Below are positions 1 to 7,883 of a DNA stretch of 64,000 nt, one piece after another. The notes below the pieces were generated by a model. The model saw only the letters and a program-made list of their open reading frames with translations. It was not told the origin of the DNA and ran no database searches. Source of the stretch: a virus. Its lineage: Duplodnaviria > Caudoviricetes. How positions within the stretch are numbered: position 1 is the stretch's first letter; each line of letters starts with the position of its first letter. Position numbers and translations under genes: made by a program. The stretch is from positions 9,633-73,632 of IMG/VR virus record IMGVR_UViG_2767802067_000003. One strand, written 5' to 3'.

Positions 1-1
1 G

Positions 2-169
2 CGCCTGGTCCGCAGACTGCCGCCTCAGCTCCTGCCACCGGACCCCGACCCGGCCAAGCCACCGCACCGTGTACCGCGAGCCGTCTACCAAGCTCTGCGG
101 GACCACCACGGGTTCTTCTCCCGGGACGACCGGGGCCGGATCAGGTTCGACTTCTGGGGGTTCCAGTGA
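2..169 (+). CDS. 3' end of hypothetical protein (partial)
   Basis: Frame 2 is open from the window start with GC-rich third positions (...RAVYQALRDHHGFFSRDDRGRIRFDFWGFQ*); not in the ORF track. Confidence 0.5.
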   Translation, partial: RLVRRLPPQLLPPDPDPAKPPHRVPRAVYQALRDHHGFFSRDDRGRIRFDFWGFQ

Positions 170-267
170 ACGTCCCTGGGGGCTGGAGCAGCGGAATCAG
201 CATCGTGCGCCGCGACCTCAACGTCGTGCCGACGGGCACCCGCAGCTACGTACACCAGATCTGCTGA
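166..267 (+). CDS. Small hypothetical protein (33 aa)
   Basis: GTGA start/stop overlap with the upstream ORF; MNVPGGWSSGISIVRRDLNVVPTGTRSYVHQIC*; GC3-rich. Confidence 0.35.
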   Translation: MNVPGGWSSGISIVRRDLNVVPTGTRSYVHQIC

Positions 268-317
268 GCGCGAGGCAGGGCAAAGGAAAACCCGTGGCCA
301 TCGGCCTGCCAGGTCCA

Positions 318-323
318 TACGCT
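318..323 (+). promoter_or_regulatory. Possible -10 element (TACGCT) for the tRNA array
   Basis: TAnnnT hexamer 7 nt before the first tRNA; no clear -35. Confidence 0.25.
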
Positions 324-330
324 CATTCAC

Positions 331-408
331 AGCACCGTAGAGCAGCTCGGTCAGCTCGGCGGCCTCATAAGCCGCAGGTCGCGGGTTCGAATCCCGCCGG
401 TGCGACCA
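331..408 (+). tRNA. tRNA-Met(CAT), initiator-like
   Basis: Cloverleaf; GCGGC-CT CAT AA-GCCGC; TTCGAAT T-loop; encoded CCA; 1:72 mismatch and A11-U24. Confidence 0.9.
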
Positions 409-409
409 C

Positions 410-487
410 GCGTTGAGTGCTGGGACACGAACGGGCCTGTAAAGCCTGTGCCTTCGGGCTAGCGAGGTTCGATTCCTCGGCAGCGCA
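410..487 (+). tRNA. tRNA-Tyr(GTA), degenerate D-arm
   Basis: CGGGC-CT GTA AA-GCCTG; class II variable arm GCC-TTCG-GGC; T arm CGAGG-TTCGATT-CCTCG; no U8, short D arm. Confidence 0.7.
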
Positions 488-489
488 CT

Positions 490-565
490 GTGATCGTAGC
501 TCAACGGCTAGAGCACCGCGTTGTGGTCGCGGATGTTGCGGGTTCGAGTCCCGCCGATCACCCCA
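490..565 (+). tRNA. tRNA-His(GTG)
   Basis: GTGATCG/CGATCAC acceptor, C73, CCA; CCGCG-TT GTG GT-CGCGG. Confidence 0.92.
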
Positions 566-566
566 A

Positions 567-639
567 GGCGTCGTACCCCAACGGCAGAGGGAACCGGTTC
601 AGGACCGGTCCAGTGTGCGTTCGAATCGCACCGACGCTA
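567..639 (+). tRNA. tRNA-Leu(CAG), short variable arm
   Basis: GGCGTCG/CGACGCT acceptor; ACCGG-TT CAG GA-CCGGT; 5-nt variable loop; A73. Confidence 0.85.
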
Positions 640-644
640 CGCAA

Positions 645-719
645 GGCGCTGTAGCCCAACCAGGCAGAGGCGGCGGTCTGAGGGACCGCAGGTTGCAGGT
701 TCGACTCCTGTCAGCGCCA
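645..719 (+). tRNA. tRNA-Leu(GAG), short variable arm
   Basis: GGCGCTG/CAGCGCC; GCGGT-CT GAG GG-ACCGC; 5-nt variable loop; A73. Confidence 0.85.
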
Positions 720-724
720 CGCAT

Positions 725-809
725 GGAGGATTGGCCGAGCGGTAAGGCAGCGGCTTGCTAAGCCGTCGTCGGGGTCACACCCGCGCAGGTTCGATCCCTG
801 CATCCTCCG
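725..809 (+). tRNA. tRNA-Ser(GCT)
   Basis: GGAGGAT/ATCCTCC; GCGGC-TT GCT AA-GCCGT; long variable arm; G73. Confidence 0.9.
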
Positions 810-860
810 CAGGCTTCCACACTCACCGGCCCGTGAGGGTACGGCCGTGGAAGCTGCCCT

Positions 861-947
861 GGAAGGTCCGGCATGTGGCGTGCCAAGCGCTCTCGAAAAG
901 CGTGGCGGGTGACACCGCGGCGAGTTCGACTCTCGCACCTTCCGCCA
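861..947 (+). tRNA. tRNA-Ser(CGA)
   Basis: GGAAGGT/ACCTTCC, G73, CCA; GCGCT-CT CGA AA-AGCGT; long variable arm. Confidence 0.9.
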
Positions 948-948
948 A

Positions 949-1023
949 GCGGTCGTAGCTCAGGCTGGCCAGAGCATCCGGCTCCAACCCGGAGTGCCGC
1001 AGGTTCGAATCCTGCCGACCGTG
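949..1023 (+). tRNA. tRNA-Trp(CCA)
   Basis: GCGGTCG/CGACCGT; TCCGG-CT CCA AC-CCGGA; G73. Confidence 0.88.
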
Positions 1024-1028
1024 CTCGA

Positions 1029-1100
1029 TCCCCGTTGGTGTAACCGGCAGCACAGCAGGCTCTGGACCTGCGAGTCGAGGTTCGAATCCTCGGTGGGGAG
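1029..1100 (+). tRNA. tRNA-Gln(CTG)
   Basis: TCCCCGT/GTGGGGA; GCAGG-CT CTG GA-CCTGC; G73. Confidence 0.88.
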
Positions 1101-1104
1101 CCCA

Positions 1105-1179
1105 GGCCGGGTGAGCGCAACTGGCTGACCTCGCCCGCTCAAAACGGGCGGCCTGCGGGTTCGAATCCCGCCCCGGCCA
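1105..1179 (+). tRNA. tRNA-Leu(CAA), short variable arm
   Basis: GGCCGGG/CCCGGCC; GCCCG-CT CAA AA-CGGGC; short variable loop; A73; weak D-stem. Confidence 0.8.
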
Positions 1180-1286
1180 CCGTCCGGCCAGCTGTTTCCT
1201 CGGGAAACACCCCGGCGCCCGCATGGCCCCCGGGCGCCGGCTCAGCTCGGCGCTCGGCGGCCGACGCCACTTGAGGTCTCGTTCGG

Positions 1287-1724
1287 TCAGACCAAGACGA
1301 TCAGGAGCGAGGCGAGCCACAGGCAGAGCCAGTGCTGACTCTGGTCAACCAGGTAGCGGCCCTGCGGGTCCTTCGCCCACTGGGGGCTACGGGTGATTCG
1401 CATGAACAGGGCAACGGGCCACCGCCGATCCCAGAATCCATGCGTCACCACCAAGAAGGCGACCCCGGCCGCGCAGCCGGTGACGCCCACCCGCAGGTCG
1501 AGCGCGAATACCACGGCAGCGAGCATCACGATCATCACGGCGTGGTAGCTCACCAGGTGGCCGAGCATGGCCCGCCAGGACTCCGCGTTGGTCGTCCCGC
1601 TGTCGGGCCCGGGCCTGCCCTTGTGCGCCGCCTGGTGGTCCGTCTGCGCGCTGTGGTCACCCCACATATGGGCAACCAGGAGCGTCAACAGGACAGCGGC
1701 GAAGGTTGAAGCGTTGGTGTTCAA
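1287..1724 (-). CDS. DUF3307-like membrane protein
   Basis: AHMWGDHSAQTD and THGFWDRR...DQSQH motifs with hydrophobic helices; TTG start at 1724 after GGAGG. Confidence 0.75.
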   Translation of the reverse strand: MNTNASTFAAVLLTLLVAHMWGDHSAQTDHQAAHKGRPGPDSGTTNAESWRAMLGHLVSYHAVMIVMLAAVVFALDLRVGVTGCAAGVAFLVVTHGFWDRRWPVALFMRITRSPQWAKDPQGRYLVDQSQHWLCLWLASLLIVLV

Positions 1725-1938
1725 AGCCCCTCCGGTACAGAAGGGGCGACCCCAATAGTCGCCCGCCATAAGCGCGACGTGTCAAGTGGTTTGTTACAAA
1801 GCAGGGCGCAGACGGTGCCCGCCGCGCCCATGCTGCTGTTGCCCGGATGGGCTGACGAACCATTCCGCATTCCTGCGGGTCCTTTGCGACCTACCGCCCG
1901 TCATCCTCACCCCACCACCTGCGAGAGCGAGCCCTGGC

Positions 1939-2100
1939 ATGCGGATCACCGCCTCCCGCGGCGACAACAGCGTCACCATCGAGATCGACGGCGCCGACCC
2001 GAAGCTCCTGAAGCAGGCCGAAGAGGCCGCCCGCCGACTGCTCGGCGACAACGCCCCCAAGCCGCCGAAGCTGAAGATCGGCTTCGCCGCACCCGAGTGA
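1939..2100 (+). CDS. Small hypothetical protein
   Basis: MRITASRGDNSVTIEIDG...KIGFAAPE; typical codon usage. Confidence 0.55.
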   Translation: MRITASRGDNSVTIEIDGADPKLLKQAEEAARRLLGDNAPKPPKLKIGFAAPE

Positions 2101-2281
2101 CCGTCAGGGCCCAGCCCAGCGTCACCATCCGGCTGAGCCTCACCAGCTCCGCCCCCAAGCAGACCCCGCGCGGACGCAACCGATCCGGCGGGGCCTTTGA
2201 CGTCGGCCGCCGTGACTGAGGGGTCCACGGCGGCCGACCCCCCCTCCGACACGGGCCCCTCCCGAGCGAAGGACCCCTCAC

Positions 2282-2839
2282 ATGACCACCACGTACACCG
2301 GCAAGGTCGTCCTGGTCGAGCGCGTCAACCCGAGCGAGACGCACTCCTCGTACAACGACGGCCAGTACCTCATCTACGCCGAGACCGGCTCCCAGCTGTT
2401 CGGTCACCGCATGGACGGCTCCTACGGCGGCCTCGGCGTCTACGCCCTGAGCGGCCGCAGCGGTACCAGCGGCATTCCGCTGGCCGGTGAGGCCGCGTAT
2501 CGCGTCGTGGCCGTCGACAACGCGGAGCAGTGGATGCTCGACGCGCTGGACAGCGCCGACGAGGAGATCCGCGCCGTCCGCGCTGGTGAGCGGAAAGCCG
2601 ACTGGATCGGCGGTGTCTACGAGAGCGCGGAGAACCGCTCCCGCCAGCTCCGGAAGACGCTGGAGAAGGCCCTGGCCGAGCCCGAGCCCGAGCCCGGGGA
2701 GTCGGCGGGGTACGAGGACGAGCCGCTGGCAATGGAAGAGCACACCAGCACGGCCCTCTTCTTCGCGTCGGTCCCGCTGCCGCCCACCGTACGGATCACC
2801 GTCCCGGCCGGCGTCCAGGTCCTGGTCACCACCGAGTAG
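2282..2839 (+). CDS. Hypothetical protein
   Basis: 185 aa, GAAGGA RBS, GC3-rich. Confidence 0.7.
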   Translation: MTTTYTGKVVLVERVNPSETHSSYNDGQYLIYAETGSQLFGHRMDGSYGGLGVYALSGRSGTSGIPLAGEAAYRVVAVDNAEQWMLDALDSADEEIRAVRAGERKADWIGGVYESAENRSRQLRKTLEKALAEPEPEPGESAGYEDEPLAMEEHTSTALFFASVPLPPTVRITVPAGVQVLVTTE

Positions 2840-2921
2840 ACCTCGCCTCCAGCCTTCGCAGACCTCCCACCCAACGGGTGCGGAGGTCTTCGCATGCCCG
2901 CCACCAACCTGGGAGCACCCC

Positions 2922-3233
2922 TTGGACACTGACCCGGCCGTCGACACCACCACCGCCACCCTGACCCGCGCCGAGCGCCGCCGCCGACACCGCGAGGAGC
3001 GCGCCGCCAGTGTTCGCCGCGCCCCGCAGCCCAGCCGCAACCGTCGCCAGCGCCGCGACCTGTTCGGCCCGCCCCCGGCCGTCCATGCCACGCACCGGCT
3101 GCCGCGCCGCGCGAGGAACGTCCTGGCCGCCGTCACCCCGACGTCCGGCCAGGCCCGCGTGAACGCCAAGCGCCTGGACCGCGCCGTGTTCTGGGCCAAC
3201 GCCTACTTCGACGGCCGCCTCCTGACCGTCTGA
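2922..3233 (+). CDS. Arg-rich hypothetical protein
   Basis: TTG start after GGAG; ends ...RLDRAVFWANAYFDGRLLTV. Confidence 0.55.
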   Translation: MDTDPAVDTTTATLTRAERRRRHREERAASVRRAPQPSRNRRQRRDLFGPPPAVHATHRLPRRARNVLAAVTPTSGQARVNAKRLDRAVFWANAYFDGRLLTV

Positions 3234-3374
3234 CCCAGCCCCTACCGGCCGACCCACGGCCCTGTAGACGGCCCGCGTCCGGCGGCGCGCGTGGACCCCC
3301 GCACCTGCAAGGGGGGCCACCCCGCCGGACGCGGGCGACCCACCCCCCACTCACCCCATTGCGAGGAAAACACC

Positions 3375-3821
3375 ATGTCTGCTCTCGATTCGCTCCACGA
3401 CGCCATCGACAAGCTGGAGGACGAGGGCCACAGCCTCTCGGGCCACCTGCGTACCATCGCCGAGCACATCAAGGCCGACCTGTTCGGCGCCGGCAAGAAC
3501 GAGGCCACCACGCTGGAGACTCTGGTCCATTCCCTGGCTTCCGCGCTGTCGCCGGTCCTGGACGCCGCCAAGGCCGACACCATCTCCCAGACCAAGTCGC
3601 TGTTCGCCGACGCCCTGGCCGTGGCCGAGCCGGTCCTCAAGACCGGCACCACCGAGGCCCACCAGGCTCTCTCCGACCTGGTGACCGCCCTCAAGAGCGC
3701 CCTGGGCGGCGCCCCGGACCCGGCCACCACCGCGCCGACCAGTCCGGACCCGGCTCCGGCGGCGGACCCGGCGGCCGCGACCTCGACCGCCCCGGAGGCT
3801 GCGGCCACCGTCGCGCCGTAG
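3375..3821 (+). CDS. Hypothetical helical protein
   Basis: GAGGA RBS then ATG at 3375; GC3-rich. Confidence 0.7.
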   Translation: MSALDSLHDAIDKLEDEGHSLSGHLRTIAEHIKADLFGAGKNEATTLETLVHSLASALSPVLDAAKADTISQTKSLFADALAVAEPVLKTGTTEAHQALSDLVTALKSALGGAPDPATTAPTSPDPAPAADPAAATSTAPEAAATVAP

Positions 3822-3938
3822 CCCAACCCCCGACCGCCACGACGGCCGCCGCCGAGCTTCCCGGCTACGGCTCCGGTCCGGACGCGCCCGCGCTGGCGGC
3901 CGTCGTGGCACCCCAACCCCCAGAGAGGAGGGAGCGCC

Positions 3939-4508
3939 ATGGCCGTCGAGTACGTAGAGACCCGCGCTGTCCCCCTGCGAGACCTGAGCCCGTACCCCGG
4001 CAACGCCAAGCGCGGCGATGTCCCTGCGATCCAGCAGTCGCTGCGCAAGACCGGCCAGTACCGCTCCCTCGTCGTCCGCGACACCGGAAACGCCCTGATC
4101 GTCCTGGCGGGCAACCACACGCTCAAGGCCCTGAAGGCCAACGGCGAGAAGACCGCCCGCTGCGAGGTCATCACCTGCACCGACGCCGACGCGCGCCGCA
4201 TCAACCTCGCCGACAACCGGCTCTCCGAGCTCGGCACCTTCGATGACGACGCCCTCGCCGAACTCCTCCAGGCCATGGCCGACGACGGAGGCCTGGACGG
4301 CACCGGCTACACCACCGCCGACCTCGACCAGCTCCTCGCCGACGACGACGCAGCCACCTCCGCCGCCATCGAAGGCGACGCCGACCAGGGCGACGACGAC
4401 CACGGCCTGTGGGGCGTCATCGTGACGTGCGCCAACGAGGACGAGCAGGTCGAACTCCTCGACCGCCTCAGCGCCGAAGGCCGGCACGTCCGAGCTCTCA
4501 TCACCTGA
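3939..4508 (+). CDS. ParB/Srx N-terminal domain protein (phage DNA-modification associated type)
   Basis: PYPGNAKRGD...SLRKTGQYRSLVV...LAGNHTLKA...LADNRLSELG. Confidence 0.85.
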   Translation: MAVEYVETRAVPLRDLSPYPGNAKRGDVPAIQQSLRKTGQYRSLVVRDTGNALIVLAGNHTLKALKANGEKTARCEVITCTDADARRINLADNRLSELGTFDDDALAELLQAMADDGGLDGTGYTTADLDQLLADDDAATSAAIEGDADQGDDDHGLWGVIVTCANEDEQVELLDRLSAEGRHVRALIT

Positions 4509-4519
4509 CGGAGCCCTGC

Positions 4520-5623
4520 ATGCACGCCCACATCGAAGTCTCCACCCCGATCCACTCCAGCGCCCGCGTCCTCCAGGCCAGCGGCCTGTTCGACGTCCCG
4601 ATCGAGGCGAAGACCACGCTCAGCTGGGACGCCGACCTGCCCCTGGAAGACAAGGACTGGAACGTCGGCCTGATCGTCGGCCCGTCCGGCTCCGGCAAGT
4701 CGACTCTCGCCCGGCACCTGTGGCCGGACCAGCTCGCCACCACCTACGACTGGTCGACCGACCGCAGCCTGATGGACGACTTCCCGGCCAAGATGAGCGT
4801 GCGGCAGATCGTCGCGCTCCTCAACGCCGTCGGCCTGTCCTCCCCGCCGGCCTGGCTGCGCCCCCACCACACCCTGTCCAACGGCGAAGCCTTCCGGGCG
4901 ACGATCGCCCGGGCCCTGGCCGAGACCGATGACGCCGACACTGTCGTCATCGATGAGTTCACCTCCGTCGTGGACCGGCAGGTCGCCAAGGTCGCGAGCC
5001 ACACGGTGCAGAAGACGGTCCGCCGCCAGAAGCGCCAGCTGGTCGCTGTCACCTGCCACTATGACGTGGAGGACTGGCTGCAGCCCGACTGGGTGTACGA
5101 CGTCGCCGCCGGCTCGTTCAGCTGGAGGTCGGTTCAACCCCACCCTGAGCTCGAACTGCGGATCCACCGCGTGGACCGAGCCGTCTGGCCCACCTTCAGC
5201 CGTCATCACTATCTGAGCGCCGACCTCGCCAAGTCCGCTCAGTGCTACGGCGGCTGGATCGACGGACAGCTGGTCGCGTTCACCTCGTACATCCACCTGC
5301 CCCACTCCAAGATCCGGGACATGAAGATGGCCCACCGCACGGTCGTCCTCCCGGACTTCCAGGGCCTGGGCATCGCCGGGAAGATGGTGGAGTTCGTCGG
5401 CCAGTCACTGCACGAGAAGGGCTACCGGTTCCGGCGCGTCATCGCGCACCCGGCCGTCATCGCGTACTGCCTGCGCTCACCGCGGTGGCGCGAGAACGAG
5501 AAGCCCGGCGGCCGCAGCAACTTGCGCTCCCGCAGTGTGTCGCCCGCCTTGCGCGCCCGGTTCGCTGACCCCCGCCGCCTACTCACCCGCTCCTTCGAGT
5601 ACCAGCCGCCGGCCAAGCGCTGA
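4520..5623 (+). CDS. ABC-type ATPase fused to GNAT acyltransferase
   Basis: Walker A GPSGSGKST, signature LSNGE, Walker B VVIDEF, H-loop TCHYD; C-terminal HHYL...RTVVLPDFQGLGIAG acetyl-CoA motif; ATG at 4520 after GGAG. Confidence 0.88.
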   Translation: MHAHIEVSTPIHSSARVLQASGLFDVPIEAKTTLSWDADLPLEDKDWNVGLIVGPSGSGKSTLARHLWPDQLATTYDWSTDRSLMDDFPAKMSVRQIVALLNAVGLSSPPAWLRPHHTLSNGEAFRATIARALAETDDADTVVIDEFTSVVDRQVAKVASHTVQKTVRRQKRQLVAVTCHYDVEDWLQPDWVYDVAAGSFSWRSVQPHPELELRIHRVDRAVWPTFSRHHYLSADLAKSAQCYGGWIDGQLVAFTSYIHLPHSKIRDMKMAHRTVVLPDFQGLGIAGKMVEFVGQSLHEKGYRFRRVIAHPAVIAYCLRSPRWRENEKPGGRSNLRSRSVSPALRARFADPRRLLTRSFEYQPPAKR

Positions 5624-6244
5624 CCCTGCAAAGGCGTCCCTCCAGGTGTGGGGCGCCCGGAACATGCCCAGCTTCCCCTGGCACGTGATGAGCTGGTCGG
5701 CGGCTATCGGCTGGGTGAGCTCCCAGTGCCACATACCCGGCACGGCCCACGACGAGGTCGAGTCCTGAGCGCAGCCGGTGACCGTGACCGCTCCGACGAT
5801 GTGCCCGTAGCGACGGGCCTCGTCCGGCACGGCGATGCCGCGGGCCTTCAGCGCGGTCTCGCCCGCGTCCGCCCACCGGCGCCCTGCGTGGATCAGCAGC
5901 GGGCCGCGCAGGCGGGTGAGCCGGCTGCGGTTCTCGATGTCCTTCCCTGCGTGGATGATCGCCCAGGCCCACGGCTGTCGGACCGTCAGCACCATGGGTG
6001 AGACCTCGGCGGGGGCAGCCTGGACGCGTTCGCCCAGGAGCAGCTTGAGCCGGTGAGGCTGGAAGCGGTCGAGCCGGATCCGCGTCGCACGCTGTGGAAG
6101 AGCCACGACGGCCTTCTGCGGCGTCACCGCGACCGGCTGGAGCGTCGCGTGTGTCGCGTCCACCGCGTCGACCCGCAGCTTGCGGCCGCCCGACCGGCTG
6201 CTGATGTCCTGCCAGACCTGGCCGACCTCTACGAGCACGCTCAC
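5579..6244 (-). CDS. ASCH domain protein with N-terminal extension
   Basis: LTVRQPWAWAIIHAGKDIENR...LLIHAG...GKLGMF. Confidence 0.85.
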   Translation of the reverse strand: MSVLVEVGQVWQDISSRSGGRKLRVDAVDATHATLQPVAVTPQKAVVALPQRATRIRLDRFQPHRLKLLLGERVQAAPAEVSPMVLTVRQPWAWAIIHAGKDIENRSRLTRLRGPLLIHAGRRWADAGETALKARGIAVPDEARRYGHIVGAVTVTGCAQDSTSSWAVPGMWHWELTQPIAADQLITCQGKLGMFRAPHTWRDAFAGSALGRRLVLEGAGE

Positions 6245-6732
6245 TGGGAGCCGTCCTTGCGTTTCGGGCCGCCGCCGGCCCCTCGGCCGGGGCGCCGGTG
6301 GTTACGGATTACCTCCGCTGGCCATGTCGGTGTGCGCCCGCGCATCGTCGCCTCCGGCAGGACACCGGGCCGCATGCGGTACGTGCGCACCGACTCCACG
6401 CTGATGCCCCAGTACACGGCGACGTCCTGCATCGTCCACACGTCCTTGCCGTTGAGCTCCTCCAGCTGCTTCGCGCGGGCGGCGTCCAGTTCCTGCTGCT
6501 GGGTCCCCGGGCGCGGATGGTCGCGGATCGTGTCAGGCTTCCACACCGGCGCCCGGTTGATCGTCTCGTCCGGATCCGGCAGGAAGCCGGCACGCGTGAA
6601 GCGGTAGGTGCGTACCGACTTCGGACTCATGTTCCAGTACACGGCGATGTCGTCGTAGGTCCAGTACGGCTTGGCGTTCAGCTCCTCGAGCAGCTCTGTT
6701 CGTTCGTCGTCGGGCTTGTCTGCAGCGCTCAT
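6241..6732 (-). CDS. Tandem winged-HTH (AlpA/excisionase-like) DNA-binding protein
   Basis: Two internal repeats WT(Y/M)xDxAVYW...SVRTYR...W. Confidence 0.75.
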   Translation of the reverse strand: MSAADKPDDERTELLEELNAKPYWTYDDIAVYWNMSPKSVRTYRFTRAGFLPDPDETINRAPVWKPDTIRDHPRPGTQQQELDAARAKQLEELNGKDVWTMQDVAVYWGISVESVRTYRMRPGVLPEATMRGRTPTWPAEVIRNHRRPGRGAGGGPKRKDGSQ

Positions 6733-6831
6733 ACCGACAGTGTAGCGCCGACATAGACAAAGTTACGGTGTGCACTCTCGATAGTCCACGCCACATGGAC
6801 ATTGTTTCTGTCTAGAGATCGGGGGGAACCT

Positions 6832-7161
6832 ATGTCGGCCGCCAGCAACGAAGACCACCAGCGGGCTGTCACCGCTCTCAACCTCAAGCTGGCTGGCGTC
6901 GACTGGGACACCATCGCGGACCGCCTCGGCTTCGCCGACCCTGTTGACGCGATCGACGCGGCCCAGGAAGTCGCCGCCACTCACTATGACGGCCAGAGCA
7001 TCGACCCCGCCCTGATCCTCGAGGTCCTGCGCCTGGACAAGCTGCACACCGTCGCCTGGAAGGAAGCCCTCAAGGGCGACCTCAACGCGGCCCGCCTGGC
7101 CCTCGACATCGGCGACCGCCGCCAGCGCCTGCTCCGCGTGAACCAGAGGAGCCGGGATTGA
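6832..7161 (+). CDS. Terminase small subunit-like HTH protein
   Basis: ALNLKLAGVDWDTIADRLGF...RLDKL...KGDLNAARLAL.I.DRR.RLL; directly upstream of the packaging genes. Confidence 0.65.
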   Translation: MSAASNEDHQRAVTALNLKLAGVDWDTIADRLGFADPVDAIDAAQEVAATHYDGQSIDPALILEVLRLDKLHTVAWKEALKGDLNAARLALDIGDRRQRLLRVNQRSRD

Positions 7162-7793
7162 GCAGCACTCGAAGCCAGTACCGGGAGACCGGCGAGTGGA
7201 CCCAGAACCGCCGCCCACCGGACCAGTGGGACTTCCCCCGCTGCGGGGCACGCCTGCGCGGTGACCCGTCCCGTACCTGCGGCCAGAAGGCCGGTATGGG
7301 CACCGACCACGCCGGGTTCGGACCCTGCAAGTACCACGGCGGCAACACCGCGGCGCACCGGATGCGGGCCGCCACCGAGATGGCCGAGCACCAAGCCAAC
7401 CAGATGCTCGCCGACATGCGCGTGCAGGCTGTCGAAGATCCCTTCGCCGCGCTCGCCAAGCTCGCCGGGCAGGCCCTGGCCTGGCAGGAAGCCCTCGGGA
7501 AGATCGTCAACCGCCTCCAGGACCGTCTCCGTTACGAAGGCGCCGGCGGCGCCGAGCAGCTGCGCGCCGAGGTCGCCCTCTACGAGCGGGCCATGGACCG
7601 GGCCGCAGCGATCCTCGCCCGCATCGCCCAGCTCGGCATCGAAGAGCGCATGGCCAGGATCACCGAGCGGCAGGCCGAACTCGTCCTGTCCGCGCTCGAA
7701 GCCGCGCTGTCCCACGTCGGCGTCACCGGCACCGACGCGGCCGAAGCCCGTGCGGTCGCCGCCCGACATCTACGCGCAGTCCCGGCCGCCTGA
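7158..7793 (+). CDS. HGGxSTG-type Zn-binding protein, candidate terminase small subunit
   Basis: RCGARLR...CGQKAGMGTDHAGFGPCKYHGGNT then helical C-terminus. Confidence 0.7.
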   Translation: MSSTRSQYRETGEWTQNRRPPDQWDFPRCGARLRGDPSRTCGQKAGMGTDHAGFGPCKYHGGNTAAHRMRAATEMAEHQANQMLADMRVQAVEDPFAALAKLAGQALAWQEALGKIVNRLQDRLRYEGAGGAEQLRAEVALYERAMDRAAAILARIAQLGIEERMARITERQAELVLSALEAALSHVGVTGTDAAEARAVAARHLRAVPAA

Positions 7794-7883
7794 ACCTCGG
7801 AGCCAACCAAGCGGCGCAGAGCAGGACCTATCCGATGGCCCCAACTTCGACGGTCACACCGAACGGTTCAGGGGGGTGGCCGG

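Noticed and set aside
99-165. tRNA-like GGTTCGA T-loop upstream of the array, and the idea of a GOLLD-type RNA here
   Set aside because: It lies inside a GC3-rich reading frame (2-169), has no 7-nt anticodon loop, and the remaining space is too short
813-854. Hairpin between the two Ser tRNAs
   Set aside because: No anticodon or T arm; at most a spacer or tRNA remnant
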